Positions 26,480 to 40,205 of a stretch of 64,000 bases of DNA are shown in pieces. A model generated the notes under the pieces. The model was not told the origin of the DNA. It searched no databases and saw only the letters and a list, made by a program, of their open reading frames with translations. This stretch comes from Epiperipatus broadwayi (Eukaryota > Animalia > Onychophora), in contig JAQFVV010000006.1 in assembly GCA_028023455.1 (NCBI GenBank), positions 9,052,001 through 9,116,000 of the forward strand. Reading direction: 5' to 3'. Both the position numbers and the translations under genes were made by a program. The number at the start of each line of letters is the position of its first letter. The stretch's first letter is position 1.

Positions 26480-28534
26480 GATTATTTATCTTTTCAGCAT
26501 GTGTGATCAGGTGGGTCAGCAATATGAGATGGCACTGAAAGTAGTGGGTCGTGTGAAAGTCTGAGTTCAAATCCCGCATATATTACATATATAAATGCAG
26601 GTTTAAGCCTTGCAATGTATAATCGTAATACACAAACTAAAAGTTAGAACATTGTCAAATTAATTGTTAATAGATCCAGGTATACATAATAGACAATGAT
26701 ATATATTCTTTATTCATTTCTTAGATAAGTAAGGCATCCATTTTGTAATAATAATTCATGGGTCTAGGATTTAAAGAAGTACCTTCCTGCTCTCTCTTTT
26801 AATTCAGTCTCATGTTAAATTAATCTGAATCATTTCTTCAGAATTTATGTTATAATTTAATGGACTTAATTATTTAAGCAAGCTAAAGCCTCCTATCATC
26901 ACTGTTAGATACCTACGTATACATGTTTTATATTTAACTAGTCGGATAGGTACCGTTACAATATATATGTACATGTATGCATATATGTATAAAAACGTTT
27001 TTAATAATGTCTTCTTAAAGATATCTGTATGAACTCATCTACATATTATTACAAATTCATCTTCAATTGTCAGTACAATCTTAAATAAGTTTTACTGTGG
27101 GTGTATATAACAATGATTTTTACTAATCCTTTATTTATCTCGAGATTATCTTAACATTTTTAACATATATGAATTTAAAACTTGATGAAAAGATTTAGAA
27201 AACGAACTTGGGCTATGAAGTAGCCTCAAATTTGTACACACACCCGTGCTCAACTATTATTTGGTAAAACTTGATGCAGTTAATCTCCAACTCTATCCTA
27301 ATTTTTTTTAATGAAAAAGCATATTACCTTTTATCTGAATTTAAAATTTATATATGGTCTAGATATAACATAATCTCTACCCCAATAAAAGTATCTTATG
27401 TATGAAATTTTTTTTTTCTGTTGTCTGATTGGTGAATGTATGTTTGTCCATATGGCTGTCATTTGTCACATTCACAAACAATTAAAAAACTTATTATGCT
27501 TATGTGAAGGAAGTAATTCTACCATTAAGCTCAGAAAAAAATCAATACCTTTGCTTTTAACTAAAGAGATATAGTATTTAAATTGTGGAGAAAATATTAT
27601 TATCATACATAAATTCATATTTCAAATGTAATATTTATTGAGGACAGTGGATATAGAGGGGGAAATTTACATTTAGTTTGGTTGGCATTTATGGGAAGGA
27701 AATATTTCTGCCATTAACAAAAAAACTTGGGGAAAAAATCAGTACATGTGCTTTTAACTACAAAAATACAATATTTAAATTGCACCAAGAAAATGATTTT
27801 ACAGTAAATAAATTTATGTTTGAAATGTGATACTTTGTGAGCAGGGAAAATAGATGCTATAGCAATCATTTACATTTAGTTTTGGTTAGGTGTTATTGAA
27901 GTTGAACAGGATAGCCTTTTGGTGGTTTTACAATTCTTACATTTATTTATATAATATTAAAATCGTTTGTTTAATTTGCATCAGATCTTTAAAAAATTTG
28001 TAAATGCAACCAATTAAAAAGAAACATGGCCTATTTAAACTGGGTAGATCTGGTAACAATAATTATAATCACTAATGTATTTATTCAAATGAAATGTTTT
28101 AAAGCTGTGAATACAGGTAATGGGACAATTGGACATTAAATTATACTAATATATGAAGTAAAGGCTTTACTTGGTTATAAGCTAGATAAGTGCAGATTAA
28201 ATTGAATTGAGTATTAGTAAACCAATATAAAATTAAAGCATCATTAAATGAATGCATGAATTTTTTTTCACTCAGTCAAAGAGATTAATAAATAAAGAAA
28301 AAGTCAAAGCAATACAAATATTTTGGATTCTCTAGCGGATTGTGTTGATGAAATCAAAAGATTAATGAAATATTAAATCAATTATTGTAAGTTGCAGTAA
28401 CAGTCTAAATTAAAATATAAACCCTGTTTAGTGTAAACAGCTGGGAATAACCATTATGAACATTCACAGCTTTAGTTTGTAGAACTTGGATTGGTCAATA
28501 CAAATTGTATATCTTTAAAATACAGTATAAAAGG

Positions 28535-28795
28535 TATAGAAATTTTTTAAGTTTATTTAACCTTTTCAAATACAATCATTTGTTACTAAGAACACACAAA
28601 TAGACAGCACAGATTAGCACTTACACAATAAAGCTAATATTGTCACTGGTCAGGCGCGCAACATGAGAACAAGAGTGGATAATAATAATACTCGAAACTT
28701 TGTGTAATTACTTACCTGTGTTGTCTATTTGTGTGTGATTACTAACATGTTGTTTGTATTTGAAACGTTTAAATAAAGTTTAAAATTTTCGATAC
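28535..28795. repeat. Fold-back element, ~90-bp diverged arms
   Basis: ttcaaatacaa...cacacaaatagacagcacag...ttacacaa is inverted as ttgtgtaa...ctgtgttgtctatttgtgtg...ttgtatttgaa. Confidence 0.75.
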
Positions 28796-30149
28796 ATTCA
28801 ACATTTAATGATAAACAACAATATAAAAATGTTGGAATGATTATGCTAGTACTAATTTATAGCAAGTTTTGAACATTTTTATTGAAAATAAATTAGTTGT
28901 AAACATTGGGTAATATTTAAAAGATCACATTCGGAAAATAGGTAATTGTTGCTATAAATGTTTATTAATCTTTCATGGTAGACCTTTTGTTTTAAGCAAT
29001 GTATTTGTCCTGAAATGAATGATAGCAGAAGTCAAAGCCTTTTCTCTTGATGAAATATTTGTTGATTTATTCTACTATCATTATTAAAATAATATACTTT
29101 CCTTATACATATTCAGTAATATATATTACATTTCTGAAATTTTAAAATCAAACTTTAAATATATCTAAACATTTCATGATAATTAATGATTACCTTCTCT
29201 TCTAGTTATTTTATCTAAATCGTCTGCTTTTCTTTTTATTAACCAGTCACATAAACAATCTCTTAATCCTGATTGGTGATCATTTATTTTTTTTAAAATT
29301 TCAAAATTGGCTGACAAATTTTTTTATTGGCCAGATTAAGTAAAAATTCGAGTGATTTTAATCATCAAGTATGATTTTAGCCTGTTTCTGTTCACAAATA
29401 TAATAATGTACAATAATCAGAAATTTTTTAATTTAGCTTCTAAAAATTGAATCATTTTACATTCATATTGTTTAAATGTAATGATAAATTTTAAATAACA
29501 TTAATAACAGAAGAAAAATATAAGAAAAGCATAAGAAAAATAGCTTGCAGTAAAACAAGAGAATTGTACTTCAACCAATTATAATGTGCGATCGCCATTG
29601 ATTTCTTGTGTTTTAGAATTATGAAAGCTGCTTATTTACTCCTGTCTTGCATTTTCTTCATCTTAAATTAAATATTTTAAATAAAAATCTAAATCTATCT
29701 GCATTATTAATCAATATAGTATTAAAAATAATCAAAATATATAAGTATTTATGAAAAATAGTTGCATTTTGCTAGTTGCCACTGAATGTCATTGATATGG
29801 AAATAGCAGTCAAATGTTATTCAGTATTCACTTGTCTTGATTATTTTCCTTGTAAAATTTTCAAATAAAAGTTTATATTTAGGTAAATTAATGTAAACAT
29901 TTAATTATGAATGTAAAAAATTATGGGAAATATATTTATTTACATTCAAAATCTATTACTAAAACATAAAACATTTGAGTTTGATTTCTGACTTTCACAT
30001 AAATGTTTGGTGAACAATGGCCAAAGTTGACAGCCATTGCTTTGCGGCATCTTATAAAGTAAAAGAAGCTGGACAACAGATGTCAACGAAAAATCGATTT
30101 CTTTTGTAAAAGCACTTATAAATGTGGATTTTTTTGGAATTAAAATTTT

Positions 30150-31480
30150 TAAATATAGATTAAGCTACAAATTTACTATGTCACTTTTTTTTGTTAATTT
30201 CTTCTGCTACACATTCTTCTTTTTCCTCATTAATTTGGGTCAATTTGAGTTCTTGTTTAGGTTCCTCAGATTAAACTTCTGGATTCCAGTCAATTTTGTT
30301 AAATAAAGATGGTATTAAACATTCACTCTTGTTCTGTCACAATTGATGTGTTTTTGTAATAGTTTGCCACTTGTAGGTCAGTGACAGCTGCTTTACAAGC
30401 AGTTGTTTTGGGTTAGCAGGTTCGCTTCCCAGCTGATGCTATGACCCATGAGAAAAAAACCATTACAACTTGTTCCAACAGATGTCACTTTATTATTGCT
30501 TTCAACCAAAATTTATTTAAGGTATTTTTTTCTGACATTCATTCAACAGGTGTGAACTTATACATTGTTGACTCCTGTTTAATGTAATCCTCATTAGGTA
30601 TTGTGCTAGATAATTTGGTAAATTTGAGGCCTATATATAGTTCCATGCATGGTTTTTCTGCTTTCAAAAGCGTGGTATAAACTGCTTCTTATATTTTCAT
30701 TTTTCTTAATTTATTTATTGATACTTTCAAATTTTGGACAGCTTATCCTACCAAACCACTAGATTGAGGGTGATAGTGATGTGTGAGTATGTATTTTATC
30801 ACCCATTACATATTTGTCTGATATAAAACCGGTTCCATTAGTCAGACCATGACATGAAAAAAATTTCATGTACTTTTATTGTCTCATCAGAACTAATACT
30901 CTTAATTAATTTGTATTCTGCTAACACTAAGTATGCATTGACCACCACAAAAAATAAACATCCCTTAAATGGGACTATGTGTTCAACCTGGATGACCTGG
31001 ATGAATTTCCAGGATCTTAATGCTTTTGACCATGCATCAAAATTTTTAGATAGCATTCTAGCACATGATTGATAATTATTGAAATTTTTTTATTTAATTC
31101 TCCAATATCACAGTTAATGTTTAGCCACCATGCATTGTTATGGGCTATAAGTTTTTGCTTTGACTATGCCTGGGAAACCTTTATATCATAATTACAGAAC
31201 TAAATATCTACCTTTAACTTGTACTATTACATGATCAGCCACTAAAATGCAGCCTTTATAAACTGATAAATTATCATTGGTTTTCCCTAATTCTTTATAA
31301 ACATTTTAGATATTTATAATCCAACTTTCTCGGATTTATTCTGGGATTTATTTTATAAATCCCAAATAAATCCACTGGTATCCAGGATCTTTCTTTATCC
31401 AACCAACTACTATTTACTATTAACATGTGACCTTAACATATCTATATAATTAATTTCCTTTTCTTTCTGAGAAAGCTGCA
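30150..31480 (-). mobile_element. Decayed Gypsy integrase region
   Basis: Minus-strand fragments HPGIVKAK...WWLN, VPFKGCLFFVVVNAY, HYHPQSSGLVG*AVQ and KHIN correspond to Gypsy integrase motifs (HPG, GPF..VVVDAYS, YHPQSNGLVER). Confidence 0.75.
30375..30459 (+). mobile_element. tRNA-like SINE (5'-truncated)
   Basis: aggtcagtgacagctgctttacaagcag...ggttcgcttcccagctgatgctatgacccatgagaaaaaaa; same family as 18390 and 59168. Confidence 0.8.
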
Positions 31481-31500
31481 TTTTTGTTTGCACTTTATTG

Positions 31501-31617
31501 GTACTGTCTCTGATGATAACTCTAGTGACACAGAGGTGTTTTTTATTTGTACTGTCTCTGAGAATAACTCTAGTGACACAGAGGTGTTTTTTATTTGTAC
31601 TGTCTCTGAGGATAACT
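31501..31617. repeat. 48-bp minisatellite, 2.5 copies
   Basis: gtactgtctctga(t/g)gataactctagtgacacagaggtgttttttattt at 31501, 31549 and 31597. Confidence 0.95.
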
Positions 31618-31713
31618 TTATTTTTTATTTATTTCCACCCCCTATTAAATAATTTAGGAAATTTCCCCATCATTTCTTTGTTAATTTCGTTCTTCTTAAT
31701 TAGCATAAATTCT

Positions 31714-34700
31714 TGTGATATACTAGTGATAATATTAGCTGATCACAATCACCGATGCATGAGATTACATAGAACAAAGGATGTGTGCAGATCAGAACAG
31801 GTGTGTCATTAGAACATACATCATTAGATGAAGTAGTCGGTAATGTTATTCCCATTTTACAATAGTTAATCACTAGAGATTTGCTGTGATTTAATTCCTA
31901 CTTATAATAACAATAGATATTTGAGTATTCATTTGTAACTGGTAATTAAATTCACTCTTATGGTAAGTCCTACTCATGTGTTAATAAACTAGGTTCAAGG
32001 GAATACTAATTGGGAATAATCCCACAAAGAACTATTGACTAGTGCTATTAATTACTTGTAAAAGGTATTATGAAATTTACCCAGTATTGAACCAGTCAGA
32101 TGTGGTGATCCTAACAATAAATTGATAATTTAATTAACCTCTGCAGTTAAATAAAACAATTTGGCACAATCAAGTACAGAACCTGCAGAAAACAAATAAA
32201 CACATAATACTTAATGTCAGTGATGGCGACCATGTTGCAAATGCCAATAGGAGAATTTGATGTTGAGAAACCTACCAACTGGTCTCTACATGTCAAGGAT
32301 GCAGAGAAATTTTTTCTTGTTAATAATATTAAGAAAAACCAGATGAAGGTGGCCATATTGCTAGGGTTTTCAGGTTTGAAAGTGTTAGACATTGCAAACC
32401 ATCTATGTGAACTGGCAGAGCCTGAACAGTTTCTATACAATGAAATAGTCCAAAAATTAACACAGATTTCCCCCTCCCTTTGAAACACATCACAAGATTG
32501 CATTTTAGACATTGATGGCAAATGAAGGCTGAAAGCTTCAAAGAATTCAATACAGCTCAGAGAATTGGCAAAAAATTGTGACTATGGACAATTTCTAGAA
32601 GAGACCCTGCTGGAACAGTTAGTATGGGGCATACACAAGACTAAATTTTGAAAACAATTACTAGCCTATGCAAAGTTAAATTATAACCATGCCATCAAAA
32701 GAGTAATTGCACATGAATTAATGATGAATCAATCTAAAGAATATCTTAATACCACACCAATGGTAAACTATTACTACATAATTCAGAAAACAATGGAAAT
32801 GAAATAAATGATAATAAAGCCAGCAAGACACATCACTTGTAACTGTGGGCAAAATCAAGAATGTTGTACAAATTGTGGATCGAAAGGCCAACTAGTAAAA
32901 GTCTGTCACAAACCAAAACTGTAAAGTTACAAAAGTAACTTTAATACAAGTATTAAAAATCTAAAATGTAGTGAAGCAGAATTTAAACTGCCAATATTCA
33001 TCAAAGAGGAATATGTTAAAATGGAGTTTGACAATTGATCTGGAATTACATTAATGTCCCTTAGCAAGTGAGAAATTGTTGCTTCACAAAGAAACAATGC
33101 ACATAAAATGAAAAAAAACAATGTAAGTGCTAAAGATATAAATGGTAACACAGTGGAAAGAGTTGGAATGGTAAGGGTACAAGTAAAATTAAATTCAAAA
33201 ATCAAAAAACTACCCCTATACATAGTCTACAAACAAATAAATCCACTAATAGGACAAAATTGGTTCAAACCACTCATGATTACCATAAACGTAATAAAAA
33301 ATATCAATATTGAGAATGAAATGCAAAATAAAATCCCAAACCTATTTAAGCCAAAACTGGGGTAGATATAAATAACACCAGTGCAATTAGAACTCAAGTA
33401 GTACTATTTCTGCAAAGAAGAAAAGTAGCAGAAGCACGAGATGAACTCATGCAAAATGGAATAATAAGTTCAACAGAAGACTCGGAGTAGGCCACACCAA
33501 TTGTTATAATTAATAAACCAGATGGGGAAATACTAACAATTATAACTCAGGATTATTCAGATATAACCATCTTCCATTTGGAATCAGCATGGCACTGAAC
33601 ATTTTTCAAGCAAAAATCAAACGGTTACTCAATGGACTAGTGAGGGTAATTCCATATTTTGATGATATTCTGATTACAAGCTAACACTTAAGAAACACTC
33701 AGAGAATTACACAAGTGTGCAATAGGCTTGAGGGTTTTGAAGTGACACTAAATATTGAAAAAATGCATATGGAATACCAGAAAACTTTAGTTTTCAGGAC
33801 ACATCATATCACAAGATGGAAAAGCGCCAGCATCAGACAAAATTAGAGAAGTAAAGAATGAACCTAGACCAAAAAAATGCAAGACAACTTCAGGCATTTC
33901 TGGATTGATTAATTACTTCAAGCCCTTTTTAAAGGGAAAGCCCATGTGGATAACCTCCATATAAACTCTTGAAGAAAAATCAAAACTGGGAATGGTCAAC
34001 AGACCAAGAAGATGCTTTTGTGAAAACAAAGTGTTTATTAACATCAGAAAACTTGCTAATTCACTATGACAGTCAATTGTCCAACAATGAAAGCATCAGA
34101 GTATGAAATCAGAGTATCCCACATACAATGGAAAAAGACCAATAGCATATGCATCACAAACTTTAACCAATGCAGAAAGAAACTACAGTCAACTTGACAA
34201 GGAAGCCCTGGCAATAGTTATTGGAAATTAAAAAATTCCATCAATATGTGTATGGTGGACCACTTACAGTCATAACTGACCACAAACCATTATTGGGAAT
34301 ACTGGCAAAGGTAAAACAAATTTCAAATTATCTCAGCACGCACATGCTGCACTGGATAACACTGCTTTCAGCTTATGACTATGACCGAAATTATAAGGGG
34401 GCAGTTTGATACAACATGCAGATGCTCTCTCACAGATGCCAGACACAACTGAAATAAAAAAGTCAATGTGGAGATCAACTACATAGACAATTGGAATTCA
34501 CAGATAAATAGTAAAAAAGTAGCAAAGTGGACAGATAATGATCCAGAATATCAATTACTTATAAACAGGATTAGCAAAGGTTGGCCCAGTAAAATACCAA
34601 AAAACTTGCCACTGGCTTTCTGGAACATTCATTCAAGCTTACCAGTCTGCAAAAGGTGCATAATAAATGGAGATAGATAGAGTTATTAAACCCTCACAGG

Positions 34701-36019
34701 GATGAAAATAGGTGCTTAAAAATGCTTCACAATAAATACACAAAGGTACTTGCCAGAAGCTATGTCTGGTGGCCTAAGATAAACAAGGCCATTGAGTTTT
34801 TCACAAAATTTGCACAGCATGCCAATCAAATGCTTAATTGGCAATAAAGGAATATAACTCATAGCCATGAAAAATACTGGGACAGAGGAGATCATTCATC
34901 ATCTAAATGAAATATTTGCAACACAAAGATATCCAGAAGCTCACATCACAGATAATGGCTCCAGATTTACTTCAGGAAAGTTCAAAGAATATTTGGAGAT
35001 CAGAGGCATTAAAAACGTGTACTCACCGTCATATCATTCCAAGAGTAATGGACTGGCTAAAAATGCATGGTTTCGGATTTACTTCAGGAGTTCAAAGAAT
35101 ATTTGGAGATCAGAGGCATTAAAAACATGTACTCACCATCATATCATCCCAAGCTAAAAATGCAGTAAACTAACTTAAACTTGCACTGAAAAATGCAAAA
35201 AACATTACACTGCATATTATTACACCAACACTCAACACCAAAAGTAGTAGGTGGAAAGTGCTCGGCTGAACTATTATTCAATTGGAAGTTAAGAACAGAA
35301 CTGATCCTCCTACTGCCAAAAACATGTATATACAGGTTGAAACAACATAAAACGTTCAGAGTGGGAGAAAAAAGTGTAGATCAGAGATAGTCTATATAAA
35401 ACATGGATAAAGGGGGGAAATTGTCAACTTAACATACCAAATGTATAGCAACGGTGAGAATAAAGGACAATGTAGTGTGCAAGCAACACATCAACCACAT
35501 ATATCACCACAGTTCACCAAGCTGGGAGAACAATAACACATACTATCAAACTGACAGAGACAAAATCAAAGATAGATAAACTGCAAATGGGACAACCAGA
35601 TACACAAAATGCACAAGTAGCAGACGATGACAATCATACACCACAAAGGGAAGAGACAAGGAAGATATTAAAGAAAGATCACCAATACCTCAAAGAAAGA
35701 AACAGTAATCCAAATTCTTAAAAGACTATGTTGTTAAATGAAAAAAAAGAAAATTTTGTATGCTATTCTGGACTACATGTATAAATGTATTCGTTTTCAT
35801 GGTTGCTCCTAATTCTCTGTAGTAGAATAGAAGTGCGGTATACTAGTGATACTATTGGCTAATCACTATCACTGATGCACTAAGCTATATAAAACAAAGG
35901 TGATGCACAGATCGAAGCAGGTGTGTTGGAGCATACAACGGTAGATGAAACGTTATTCCCATTTTACAATAGTTAATCACTAGAGATTCATTGTGATTTA
36001 ATTCCTACTTATAATAACA
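31714..36019 (+). mobile_element. Near full-length decayed Gypsy (Mag-like) LTR retrotransposon
   Basis: LTR homology 31714-31912 vs ~35834-36019, both ending ...cctacttataataaCA. Gag IGEFDVEKPTNW (32214), RT YFDDILIT (~33657), RNase H NAERNYSQLDKEALAIV and TDHKPLLGIL, integrase ITDNGSRFTS and PSYHSKSNGLA. Many stops; internal ~110-bp duplication near 34960-35160. Confidence 0.9.
31923..32160. mobile_element. ~240-bp short non-coding element inserted just after the Gypsy 5' LTR
   Basis: Colinear with 38963-39200 (gagtattcatttgt(a/g)actggtaattaaa ... cctctgcagttaaa). Confidence 0.75.
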
Positions 36020-36399
36020 ATAGTGAAACAGTATGATTTCATCGTCATACGTTTCACCTATTCTAGAAATTAGTAGCCTTCATTTCCCTAGTTCAAACCC
36101 TAAAGGTACACATATATATAACAATATACTTGGGATTTTAACATGTCTAAAAACATATATTTACACGTATATGTGTGTAATTGTATATGCACACACGTCT
36201 GCTATAATTGTATATATTTTGTAATAATTCTATTTGCTAAAAATGATATATTCACATCTGAATGATATTATCATTATATAACGTACACACCTTATAATTT
36301 TATAAATATTCATCTTATGATTTTAAATGATTGAATTGGTTTCAAGCTGGGAAAATTGTATTAGATAAGAACAGAATTCTCTAAAGTATTTCAAACTGG

Positions 36400-38700
36400 C
36401 TTTGAAGTTATCCAATTATTTAATCATGTAGAGCAACTAAAAACAAATGTAGATGTCTCACGTCTAGGATAAAACGCTAGCAGCTTAAATCTCTTTCAAT
36501 AAAAGAAAAGAAGAAGCAATCCAATGTTTAAAGAAAGAAAAAAAAACTTTACCAATCTCATGAGACACCCCCGGTACAAATCCAGATTTTAGGATTCTTG
36601 ATAAAATAAAAGTTCGACAATTAAACCTGCACTGAAATCCAGATTGGAACTGGAATCTGAGAAAAATAAAAGGAACAATGAATAAACCTGAAATCAATCA
36701 ACCGATTCGTCTGAAGCTGATGCAATTAAGACTTCTTAGGTTTTAAAGTCTAAAAATAAAGATTGTGAATGAAGTGTAAGAGGGGGGGGGGTTAAAAAAA
36801 TATAAAAAAGCAGTTGAAAGGAAATCGTCATCCATTTTTGCTTTATTCGCGTTTCAACTTATATCCAGGCAGTGAGCCCAGAGTCTACCATGCAAATAAG
36901 TGGCTAGAAAAGCTAAGGCCATCTTCCCGATGGTCAAGAACGTTTATGAGCCCGGAGACCCAAGCCACAGCCCTACTTAAAGAATAGCCCATCGATGAAC
37001 CAGCTTAGATAAATCAGTCCATGCGTGTATTTTATACTTTCAAGCTGCAAGCCTCCAGATAAATAACCGGTAACCACTTCTCAATCAAACTAAATCTAAA
37101 AGCTATAGCCATCTATAAATCTTTCCTAAAGCTAGCTATATAATAAGTAATGTGCACAAACTCTTCCATTCAAATCTTATAAATTAATCACACTATGTTT
37201 AAAAGGTGTATTCTCTTAAAGTAATTAACTGTATTAGATAAACGTATCTCAACCTGTATAATTTTAAAATACTTTAAAAGTTAAATGTAAATCTTGCCTG
37301 ATCTCAAATTCTTAAATCTCTTTTAAATTCAACTTATAAAAGCTTATTTGCCTTATTATTTTTTCTATTTGCGTCTATACTTTTGCATCTATATATATAT
37401 TTTGTTGAAATGCATTTATTGATTTATGCTTTGCCTTCGGAGCAGAGACTATTAATTATTATAACTTAAAGAGACGTTTTGTTCTCAAGTAAAGTAATTA
37501 TGCTGTTTGGCATATCTATAGATTGTCTCTGGTCCGAAACCTACTTTGATATATTATTTGAACGGCTATGCGTAGCTTAATATCATAGATGTTGCTTATT
37601 AAAAGGTTTGTTTGGTTAAATAAAAGAGAGTAATAATTTAAGGCATATTCAAGAGTTAGCCAAGTTTAAGCCCCAGATATGCTTTAGACCCCATTAATGT
37701 AATTGCATATAATATGTAGTTAATTAATAAACTAGATCAATTTTAATAAAGTCCTCTTTAGCACAATTTCAGGGTTTATTTAACTAACTGGCGTAGGGTA
37801 GTTTGCAGAAGAAACTATAGATTTTGCGCTTTACTAATTGTTATAATTAAGATTCCAAAGGCGTTGTGAATGAGTTTTTACGAAGCACTGAGGTGCATTC
37901 CGCCTTGCTATCATATAATTATTAAGATAAGATTAGGTTTTAAGGACTATCTTATCATCCTTAGTTCGGACAGCCCTCTCTTGAATGGGATAGTGATTTT
38001 AAGGGTCATTCCCATTACCTCCTCCAGAACTGGAACACCGGCATCCAGCATCTTATATCATGGCTGTTCGAGCATCCGAACTAAAAGTTCATGTATAGCA
38101 GGCGAGCGGTATCTGAGAACCGAGCAAACGTTGCTGAATCTCATGAGTAAAAGTGCATTCAAGACGCATCTGATGTAATTTGCATAGCGCCATAGCCTCA
38201 GAAGTTATGCTACAAAACGCCAGTTCATCTGCTGTATATTAATTGTTCAGCATTGATCTGATCCTAAGATCTAGTTTATCTAAGAATATCTATATAAAGA
38301 GCACATTGACTGCTCATCGCATAATGATAAATTTAAGTACACATTGTATAAAGTTCCCACTCTCTTAGAGTTTAACCCTTAACATACTGAGTAGAAATGG
38401 CAGACATAATTTAGACATCGGTATAGACGTAAAGTAATTATTAACGTATAAACGATATAATAAAATAATGATCGTTAAGTACAATTGATTACAGAACGTG
38501 TAGTGCGTATTTTCCACCATCCCACCTGCGAGTGGAATATACAGTATATTAAATTGTGATTGTTTGTGTTTTGTCAATATTAAATAATTTTAAAATCTAT
38601 TAACGTCTGCAGTATTATTCACTTTATTTATATTAAATCACCATCCATAATGATTTTATATGCATGAGATAATCAGCCATAGGTTGTGTGAGTGTGTTTG
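36400..38700 (-). mobile_element. Decayed non-LTR retrotransposon (RT C-terminal part)
   Basis: Minus-strand fragments Y/ADELA (~38230, YADD-like) and YLGLKLG*LLN (~37680, KYLG motif). Boundaries approximate. Confidence 0.4.
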
Positions 38701-38962
38701 GTTAAGCTATAAAACATTTAGTTAAATATCCCCGAGTCTCTCGTTTTACCCTTTGCTATTGCCGGCGCGGAAATTGGGAGATTACGAGTGTAACCTCATA
38801 TATGTCATTCATAAGGTAGTAAGTCAGGGAGTGTTGGTGAAGGAGCTGAGGTGCGGTCAGATTTGGTCTCAAACCCTCATCTAGATCAGCCTTGGTATAA
38901 TTTACCAAAACTCTGGATTTTGTTGCGTGGATGTTCAAATATGACTGTTACAATAAGTATGA

Positions 38963-39200
38963 GAGTATTCATTTGTGACTGGTAATTAAATAGATTCTTA
39001 TGGAAATTCCTACTCATGTGTTAGTAAACTAGTCTTACGGTAATACTTACAGGGAACAATCCTGCCAAGAACGATCGGCTAGTGTTATTCATTGCTTGTA
39101 AGAGGTATTACAAACATTATTCAGTATTGAGCCAATCATATGTGGTTAGCCTAACAATAAATTGATAATTTGATTGACCTCTGCAGTTAAACAAAACAAT
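38963..39200. mobile_element. Second copy of the ~240-bp short element
   Basis: Homologous to 31923-32160; flanked by acaataa on both sides. Confidence 0.75.
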
Positions 39201-39698
39201 AATGTCCAATTTTTTGAACCAATAACAACCAATTATTGGGTTTATTATTGAAGCATAAACTACATACAGAGGTAAATAAAAAGTTTCACAGTTCATTTTA
39301 CTGAAAGGAGTTTTAATTAGACTTTGATTTTAATTGCATTACCATTAACATCTAAAGCTTTTAAGTCGGTTTCTCAATTATTGATTGCTTTTTACTATTA
39401 GTAATTACAGAACTCCATTACGTCACTTCTGCTATTGACTTCCATAGATGTGAACTTGATGCATACCTTTAACTGAATAATAATGTTATCAGAATCAGAT
39501 GTTAATATTTTTTTTTTATATTTTCTGACTGATTTTCAGATGTTAATATTTTTTTTTTATATTTTCTGACTGATTTTCATTTTTACTTTAAATACCTTTT
39601 ATGGTTATTGCTGTATTTACCTGGTTTATCTATTTCTTTTTTACACATTATTTCCAAGTGCCGTTTTTTGTTACAGATTTTGCAATGTTCGTTTTTAA

Positions 39699-40046
39699 TA
39701 CAGGCTTAAACCTGCATTTATATAGGTAATATATGCGAGATTCGAACTCAGACTTTCACACGACCCATTACTCTCAGTGCCATCTCATATTGCTGACCCA
39801 CCTGATCACACACATGTTGAAAAGATAAATAATCACCAATATCCGTATTTCATGCTAAACCAGCAAACATCAGTTGGTCTAGATTACTGTCCTCACACAC
39901 ATATATATACAATCAGATAGCCAATTTTCATACTTTAATGGACAGGCTTCAAACAATTCTAACTCACAACTCTTCAGCCTTCCATTTTCATTGAAAATCT
40001 GATTATGGAACGGTCAAACCCCTTGTTAGTGCCAAGGTTGTCATTA
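39699..40046 (-). mobile_element. Family A hammerhead-bearing element
   Basis: Begins tacaggcttaaacctgcatttatataggtaatatatgcgagattcgaactcagac. HHR motif at 39835-39878 with core CTGATGT. Confidence 0.85.
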
Positions 40047-40205
40047 CTGGATTCATGGCCAGCTTTTTTGCAACAAAAACAGATAAAGAGAGATTTGTTA
40101 CTGCTATCATTATTTTATAAATTTTTAAATTCCTTTTAACGTCAATTTGTGCTTTATCTTGTATTTTTACAGCTGTGAATTCTCTTGATTGCTAAGAACT
40201 AACTC

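Larger units (their letters stand above)
25765..26617. mobile_element. Family A insertion: tandem ~480-bp unit plus partial unit plus inverted partial unit, with 14-bp TSD
   Basis: cgggattcgaactcagac recurs at ~25768 and ~26249. 26431-26619 is the reverse complement of ~26205-26396. TSD tataatcg(a/t)aatac at 25751-25764 and 26618-26631; empty site at 20781-20794. Confidence 0.9.
24650..27837. repeat. Local segmental duplication, copy 2 (carries a family A insertion)
   Basis: Colinear with 19578-22165 apart from the insertion at 25765-26617. Fold-back counterpart at 24934-25087. Confidence 0.9.

Noticed and set aside
31501-31617. CRISPR-like array
   Set aside because: Eukaryotic context, no unique spacers; a simple 48-bp tandem repeat.
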